Shown here in pieces: positions 16,701-20,000 of a stretch of 20,000 bases of DNA. The position numbers were made by a program, and so were the translations under genes. The stretch lies in IMG/VR virus record IMGVR_UViG_3300044972_000796; one strand, written 5' to 3'. A model generated the notes under the pieces. That model saw only the letters and a program-made list of their open reading frames with translations. It made no database searches and had not been told where the DNA came from. Within the stretch, counting starts at the first letter, position 1, and every line of letters begins with the position of its first letter. Origin of the DNA: an uncultured virus (IMG/VR IMGVR_UViG_3300044972_000796). Lineage: Duplodnaviria > Heunggongvirae > Uroviricota > Caudoviricetes.

Positions 16701-18396
16701 GTTCTCAACTGATCCAAGCATGACCAACAATGCCAGCGACACTGTGCCGGTGCAGAGTGCAATTCGTTCATACATCGATAAGCGTCTGGGACTGGACCAC
16801 GGTGGCAGTCCAGTTGCATTGAATAGTTTAATTGGACCTGGTTATGTGGCCTTGAACGGTGCGCTGGCCATGAAGGGCAACCTTAACATGGCCAGCTATC
16901 CAATTATCAATGTGGGCACTGCATCCAATGCAACAGACGCTACTAATAAAGCCTATGTGGACAGTGCTGTTGTATCATTTAATTCTTTATTCAAGTTAAC
17001 AGATGTGACCATAACAAGTTCAGCCACTAGTAACTTTTTAGTGTACGACGGAGTTGCCAGCGAATGGAAGAATGTCAGTGTTACTGGTGATGTGGTTATA
17101 AGTTTAAACACTGGTACTGGAGTGTTGTCTGCTGCTGTGCAGGCAAATGCAATTGACAACAGCAAAGTATCAACAACTGCGGCAATTGTGCAAAGTAAAT
17201 TGTCATTGGCAATTGCTGGAACTAGTGCAAGCAGTCCTACAGGAACTACTGCACAGATACAGGCTGCAAGTGGATTGGCAAGTTTTAACTCTAATGCATT
17301 CAACGTGACCAACGGCTGGGTAGAAGTTAAAACCGCTGCCAGTGCAAGTACTGGTATTACCTATGGTAAAATACAGTACATGAGTGCTGGAACATTACTG
17401 GGTAACAGAACAGTTAGTGCGGCAAGTCCAACTGAAGTTACTCCTGCACAAGTAGTAAGCGATGCGGGTGGATTGGTAAATTCGTTATTCACCAGCAGCG
17501 GTGTGGTCACAATCACATATGACGGTAGTAACACTGCCAATAACACATATCCGGTAGTGGGTATTACGTCAGCAAGAGCAGCCAACAACATAATTAAAAC
17601 AGGATCAAGCGGTGAAATTGATGTGGGTTTCTTGAAAGTTGGCGGATACAAAGCACTATCATTGACTGGTGCAGGTGCCACACTCACAAGTACATTTACT
17701 ACTCCAGGTACATTTGATTACATGACTGCACTGGGTACCACTTCCAGTAACACTGTTATCAGCACATTTGGTACACTGGATACCAGTAATGGTACACTAA
17801 AGGCAAACTTGTTGACCACTGACAAAGTTGGTGCGGTCAGTGGTGCTGGATCTGGCAGTGCAAGTATCAGTGGATGGTGGGCTATCCAAGCGTCAAGTCA
17901 AATTGACTTTAGTCTTGGCACACTGAAATCATTGTCATTGGATGCTGGTACTGAAACTACAGATGCTACCATTCGTGGACGTTGGACACTGACTGGTGCC
18001 AGTAGAATGCAAGCCACATATGCTGACTTGGCTGAGTACTACGAAGGCGATAAGGAATACGAACCAGGCACTGTGTTGGTGTTTGGTGGTGACAAAGAAG
18101 TTACTACTACTACACAGATTAATGATACACGCAGTGCAGGTGTTGTTTCAACTGATCCAGCATATGTTATGAATCATGAACAGACGGGTATTAAAGTTTG
18201 TTTGGCATTGGCTGGTCGTGTGCCATGCAAAGTAATCGGCCGTGTTAAGAAAGGAGACATGTTGACAACCAGTGCTACTCCAGGTTATGCTGTGAAAGCA
18301 TTGAATCCTGTATTGGGTGCCGTACTTGGCAAAGCATTAGAAGACAAAGACTACGGCGAAGCCGGAGTTATACAAGTAGCTGTGGGGAGAGTATAA
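7786..18396 (+). CDS. Giant virion structural / tail-fibre protein (3536 aa) with a C-terminal intramolecular chaperone/autocleavage domain
   Basis: N-terminal IDIG..GNDGTGDSIRESFRKVNENF.E.Y (T4 gp9/gp10-like). ASKYYVD and ATNKAYVD fibre motifs. VESGIYLEDYPI...SIKGDEFRRTIIRP (beta-helix entry-like). Repeated RD.GY..DAL.YD..YGGN helical modules and T/S/G-rich beta domains. C-terminal ADLAEYY...GVVST.PAY.MN...GRVPCKV.G...KGD.L resembles peptidase G2. Confidence 0.88.
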   Translation: MTQKIIDIGIQGNDGTGDSIRESFRKVNENFTEMYAIFGAGGTINFTNLGDTPASYLGSQIIMASVLGDRLTARTLVEGNGIAIDTDSSNSTVTISATTQGLNSDVAGTGLAGHLNSNTFTIGSLSDPTAAVAALYEGVFPNSVNTLPPGRTTQDQLVMTKGYADRNYVASFEGTIVDALKSRPEPLTPELTNPDYDPTLTSNYLSTEVMQRKDVVYRGGDTMTGTLNLSDHPGAAAGTGTPNGSDDLQAASKYYVDNKTFTSNVNLYVSAASGDDSQARTPNGKEGRFWQYAYKTVGTAALQAENLIELASIEPGPYKQRIAYTVGPDQTQTTIDSVVLSGGNSGIAGYQDAADLLTLNKTFIQAETIAYLNKKYVNAIVIDETLYTEIITKVIDGVGYDLVVASDYNSITVASNLFEARYLAVLTEQQTQVLDAIDRIRNTILDYNYDSTATENYIGMVLDALGYDLVFQGSFQSLQTGLAFNQYATDLSTDEITAVISNLGATLLTYPSITVSPNAIASITANIAAINATIINNSITVSANTFPDQTSTSDGLTSAKQLLLTNIPFIQAEIIAYLQSNYPDTSYSKTTCQRDVKYITWALVYDLMYSGDQQSSYAGSQYRLSGQLQIQEYELEATLSAIGYINTLAQAIINNDAPALVYQTSFRQYTNETLVDGNEASASIAANVATVQYIITNIGPAHVVTYPDITGTSSVLQIARTAFTSSGAKTTLKAAAIDFIDTNPDFSILNNPTVNAVVNSRFDAIESIINLGVSTRSVPNYTYPSGLISGYRHAQAAIDANISFIVEDSYAFGIATNPSFIPYDGVVAFKRRLSYFLEALMYDITYGGNSATVAAAQAYWIGNTSILTTNEQTITVSILNQLETVTTFVVANTSVTNPSTGNFIATTGASGDGVHATITFADQGSAPYTVGQVITITGMTPSGYNGYYTVTGCTATSVSWASAVTGSQTVAGKITKQVQSISWTGGAAAPVGVLLNAVIDIIANNTATAKTYPVLTSYDSDLTSARTIIQSNRSMITSDIIDYLKATYKGGFNYNEATCYRDVGYIIDGMSIDILTGGNYQTVTAGKSYYKSASARLAITTQLTETIDGITFAKNLALQVLNKTDATRYQTLVTQNFGVGLSPAAGAITLLGNNMNTILSIINNGIGSAPAASFGTGIYTVTFGNGGNNYVDQGSPGSVHIIPGKILIGGTSNAAGVIVKYLPGSGASVDSIQVRLTKPGFFVENENLDFGETVKDLNITIFVESGIYLEDYPIRLSANCSIKGDEFRRTIIRPIDRVSQSPWRKIFFYRDSIIDAMEIGVIDTNIDYSTATSLTISGTTGKIIATLGSGQAPNSWIGKVIQDNTAVTPGKAVIDSISGNTMNCSVIYPFAAKVTYASGNWNLYGTKDYGRHYLVDPLDINSVAKNNRDIDVMLCGDASRISNITFQGHGGFAMVLDPEGQIKTKSPYGQVATSFSQSINRKSFRGGQFVDGFAGRLFGTITNVADSGVTVTVTGSINSGLDIRPPQVPCVFYVQGNRFQVNDVVSYDPNTYTVVVTLDVSTPFNPATIYNSATFSTEVDELIDELTYDLLFGSNYQSIKAGLNYLQPQNVKIGIRQLYLLSGINDVKNEANSRITNTTSQGIITARTTIITDIISQGLASVPAATFPDPIGAITTAVNAKNILVANREFIRSEIVGWIAANFSIKTIFQYNAVKTSRDLGYILDALTYDLLYGGNSATLDVAGFFWSGSTNQIIGQEEYYAAALSQMMDVIEQVITNVSVAVSLGNLLTQNTSLPAASVLEVATVKTLISTSIDFILNGNIDNSVIGTTTSGSATVVNVNYNSALVAGVTVTGIGITISPATTVVSYDPVTKILVISQPATASTAHTVLIISGTTPTRVVPTIPTDSSYDQVKADRTTIVGAKVGIKTDVTAYLNSGAGLGINIEMGGNRSMLANDFAMINDLGYAIFCTNGGLSEQVSTFSYYCHTHYWANNGGQIRSVAGSNAHGDYALRATGYDVTELPDSVTLANDLVQTARVYKQGSVAGQMTPTATTQALSIWILGYAYSPPNNSELEIDHSLSGGVITRYLVSTVEHTVITVGGQNVLKVNLSTAGSNSTVTTGLAYELYDGQQLVIRVNQNIKFNNIDNVKPTRPSTAVQYGENLADIYRVVAYSLVDSTGEALASNIAILQSDAGFNYYKFNSDPTYISTVDPQNALKTQGSKVGDNKIAVLQISQQTIIDQINKGIYLTGWGGRVHRVISYTVPTFIATGLVVSYDSLSRTLVVNSVTGAVDIGDALTDNGFDGSQQVQTVVFSGTNNSIATIVVDIAESGPVSVGVAVTFGVATNGYLTIDPNPVFNNSADGTGLVAMTYVSHAEGPSGSGYTGVKFQIPFATALPAVDSFLTVANNSNANYNGTFQIRSITNKTQVSVASTTGLSVGMLVTSVAVGAYIPDSCIIQSIDSVTQFTISPAAWIPPGSSVSSTLVAYLSGLTITDGGSSYTTEVLALQGVPIITLSGGGAGTNQGIAVAVCSGGAITQVNIVSPGYGYTSAPTVTVSYGNAVLTPVLSQSPTVSTAVTAGINTIDLTLAYPTSPVITGTATATTHGVAVTTLSSIVGTTLIIGAVSSGTVAIGMMLTGGTIPAGTFIVSNISGSGAGSEWTVNQSVTQSGTTITGTNNLITINSVTNLDIGMPIVISAAASLSGIAEGTYYVTEIIGSTQIAVSASYNGVNVSVTNSAGTGAWTASGFQLDSLITITGYASTTGTGPYDVEFTIPTSSITNGAYYRIVGNSNSLYNGFWQCVSSTNASATSIVLRYEYDPGTYGTGTTTLSKELTSATSTQIGISKPFSAFGAATLRLGYAANTPGQITQRISTCRVTGHDLLDIGTGSYNTTNWPTVIYGNPAKDKQQSQEILEEGVGRVFYVTTDQNGVFRVGRFFTVDQGTGSVTFSASIALSNLDGLGFKRGVVVSEFSTDPSMTNNASDTVPVQSAIRSYIDKRLGLDHGGSPVALNSLIGPGYVALNGALAMKGNLNMASYPIINVGTASNATDATNKAYVDSAVVSFNSLFKLTDVTITSSATSNFLVYDGVASEWKNVSVTGDVVISLNTGTGVLSAAVQANAIDNSKVSTTAAIVQSKLSLAIAGTSASSPTGTTAQIQAASGLASFNSNAFNVTNGWVEVKTAASASTGITYGKIQYMSAGTLLGNRTVSAASPTEVTPAQVVSDAGGLVNSLFTSSGVVTITYDGSNTANNTYPVVGITSARAANNIIKTGSSGEIDVGFLKVGGYKALSLTGAGATLTSTFTTPGTFDYMTALGTTSSNTVISTFGTLDTSNGTLKANLLTTDKVGAVSGAGSGSASISGWWAIQASSQIDFSLGTLKSLSLDAGTETTDATIRGRWTLTGASRMQATYADLAEYYEGDKEYEPGTVLVFGGDKEVTTTTQINDTRSAGVVSTDPAYVMNHEQTGIKVCLALAGRVPCKVIGRVKKGDMLTTSATPGYAVKALNPVLGAVLGKALEDKDYGEAGVIQVAVGRV

Positions 18397-20000
18397 TGAC
18401 TAAGCAACATATTAATATTGGCCAAAGTGCAAATGACAAAGCCGGTGATCCGTTACGCACAGCGTTTTCAAAAGTAAACGACAACTTTGATGAACTGTAT
18501 AATTCTGTATCAGCAGTGGTGGTGGTCAGTGCCACTGCACCCACTAGTCCAGGTCAAGGCGACCTATGGTGGAATAGTGTAAGTGGTAGGATGTATGTGT
18601 ACTACGGTTCTGCTTGGGTTGATGCCAGTCCAGTAGACGGTGCGGGTATCAGTAGTACTAACGAACTGGTCAACGGTGCTCACACAGTTAGCCTTGGTAC
18701 TGATGGTACTTTAACATTACCAGACTCGGCAACTGTAGCAGTTGGTGATATCGGTGTGTTGCAAGGTTTAGAACTCGCCTATGATACTAGTAGAGAACAG
18801 TTGAACGCGGCATTTGCGGCAGACAGCTATGAAGGCGATGGCTGGCCAGCAGGGCCAAACTCTTACAATGCATTGCTATTATCTACTGATCCTGCTATAC
18901 AACCAGCATGGATACCGCTTGCTCAATCAGTACGAACTGCATGGTTGGCATTAGGGTCAGCACTAGAACCAATCTACTTAGATATTCAAGTAGCAGGATA
19001 TACTTGGAATTTTAGTAATGCTGGCGATTTATCTGTTCCCGGAAACAAAGCCATTAAGGGATTTGACAACCTACAACTAAACGTAGATGGTGGTGGTGGG
19101 AAAACCGCAGTCGTTGAGATTGATGGCTACAATAGTAAGGTACTGATAAAAACCACAACCCCTGGTGCTGGCATAATTGACGACGCCTGGACTTTTGGTG
19201 ACGCTGGTGAATTAACATTACCAGTGGGCGGTGTTATTCAAACGTTAACAACTCCAGAAGTTGGTACTAGACTTACCGATATTCCAGGATGGATTCGTGC
19301 AGACACTATCGCTAAGACAGCTGGGTTCTGGATGGATACTACTCCACAAAGTTTGAAAGACGCCATGGATGACACAGGCCTAGTTGACTGGCGATTTAAT
19401 CCTGATGGCACAACTGATTACTACCAAGTACTTGCCGCTGAATATGTAGAAGGCAATACAATTTTAGAATTAACATTTGATGCTAACCTTCCTCTAGAAT
19501 CAGCACCATATTCAGTTGAGAGTCCAAATTATTCAGCAAGAACAAGTAGCAACATCAGTATACTTGCCAATGAGAATGAGTGGACGTTTGACGCAGATGG
19601 TCAGTTGACAGTTCCTAGCGGACTTCGAATTGGTGGTTCTAACGGTCATGCCGAGATTACTAACACCAGTCCCGACGCTAGTCTTTATATAGTTAACACT
19701 GGTCTGAATCAATTAGTCGTGGAGTGGACTGCAGGAAATAATCAACTTCCTGTTGGAGCTGATGTAAAGGCTGCTGGCATATATGCTGGCGTTAATGGAC
19801 TTAACATAGGACTACTCAATGCCCAAGATGTGAGCCATAGTTGGCACTTCAACGGAGATGGCAGTTTAAGATTTCCAGATTTGACCGAACAGACCACAGC
19901 TTGGACTGGCATTACAGGATTTGGCGAAGGCTTTAGTCTAACAGCCGCTGACAAGATTGTCACAAACAAACTTTACAGTACTAACCTAACACAGCCAACA
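18396..20000 (+). CDS. Tail/baseplate-attached fibre protein, 3'-truncated (absent from the ORF track)
   Basis: TAATG overlap with the previous stop. Translates as MTKQHINIGQSANDKAGDPLRTAFSKVNDNFDELY...APTSPGQGDLWWNS..GRMYVYY...WVDASP, with repeated WxFxxxGxLxxP motifs. The frame stays open to the window end. Confidence 0.88.
   Translation, partial: MTKQHINIGQSANDKAGDPLRTAFSKVNDNFDELYNSVSAVVVVSATAPTSPGQGDLWWNSVSGRMYVYYGSAWVDASPVDGAGISSTNELVNGAHTVSLGTDGTLTLPDSATVAVGDIGVLQGLELAYDTSREQLNAAFAADSYEGDGWPAGPNSYNALLLSTDPAIQPAWIPLAQSVRTAWLALGSALEPIYLDIQVAGYTWNFSNAGDLSVPGNKAIKGFDNLQLNVDGGGGKTAVVEIDGYNSKVLIKTTTPGAGIIDDAWTFGDAGELTLPVGGVIQTLTTPEVGTRLTDIPGWIRADTIAKTAGFWMDTTPQSLKDAMDDTGLVDWRFNPDGTTDYYQVLAAEYVEGNTILELTFDANLPLESAPYSVESPNYSARTSSNISILANENEWTFDADGQLTVPSGLRIGGSNGHAEITNTSPDASLYIVNTGLNQLVVEWTAGNNQLPVGADVKAAGIYAGVNGLNIGLLNAQDVSHSWHFNGDGSLRFPDLTEQTTAWTGITGFGEGFSLTAADKIVTNKLYSTNLTQPT

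Noticed and set aside
9771..19969. Many 60-119 aa antisense or alternate-frame ORFs inside the tail genes
   Set aside because: Expected shadows of codon bias, with no RBS or recognisable motifs.
1..20000. tRNA, integrase/transposase, intron/intein or diversity-generating retroelement
   Set aside because: No cloverleaf, recombinase, reverse transcriptase, splice motif or adenine-variant repeat pair was seen by eye. Dedicated scans were not run.

Overview
A 20 kb AT-rich segment of a large tailed dsDNA phage with T4-like features: TAAATA late-type promoters, gp9/gp10-like N-termini and cyanophage-style structural repeats. Two near-consensus sigma70 promoters and an ErpA-like gene suggest a proteobacterial host (inference). 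The left part (1-7.8 kb) is accessory: a sugar-nucleotide pair (NAD epimerase and cytidylyltransferase), a 403-aa unknown, a 411-aa fibre-like protein, a QueD-like enzyme, a small membrane protein, UvsE, a Lys/Pro/Ala-rich protein, an Fe/Mn SOD, a zinc-ribbon protein and ErpA/IscA. The right part is a 3536-aa virion protein with a C-terminal autocleavage/chaperone domain, followed by a second tail protein that runs off the window. The most interesting signals are non-coding: a pseudoknot-like leader on queD, two hairpins that bury a ribosome-binding site around an identical 15-bp late-promoter motif, apparently leaderless late genes, and a perfect 22-bp palindrome that gives two convergent genes identical C-termini. 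All calls come from reading motifs by eye; no database searches were run.
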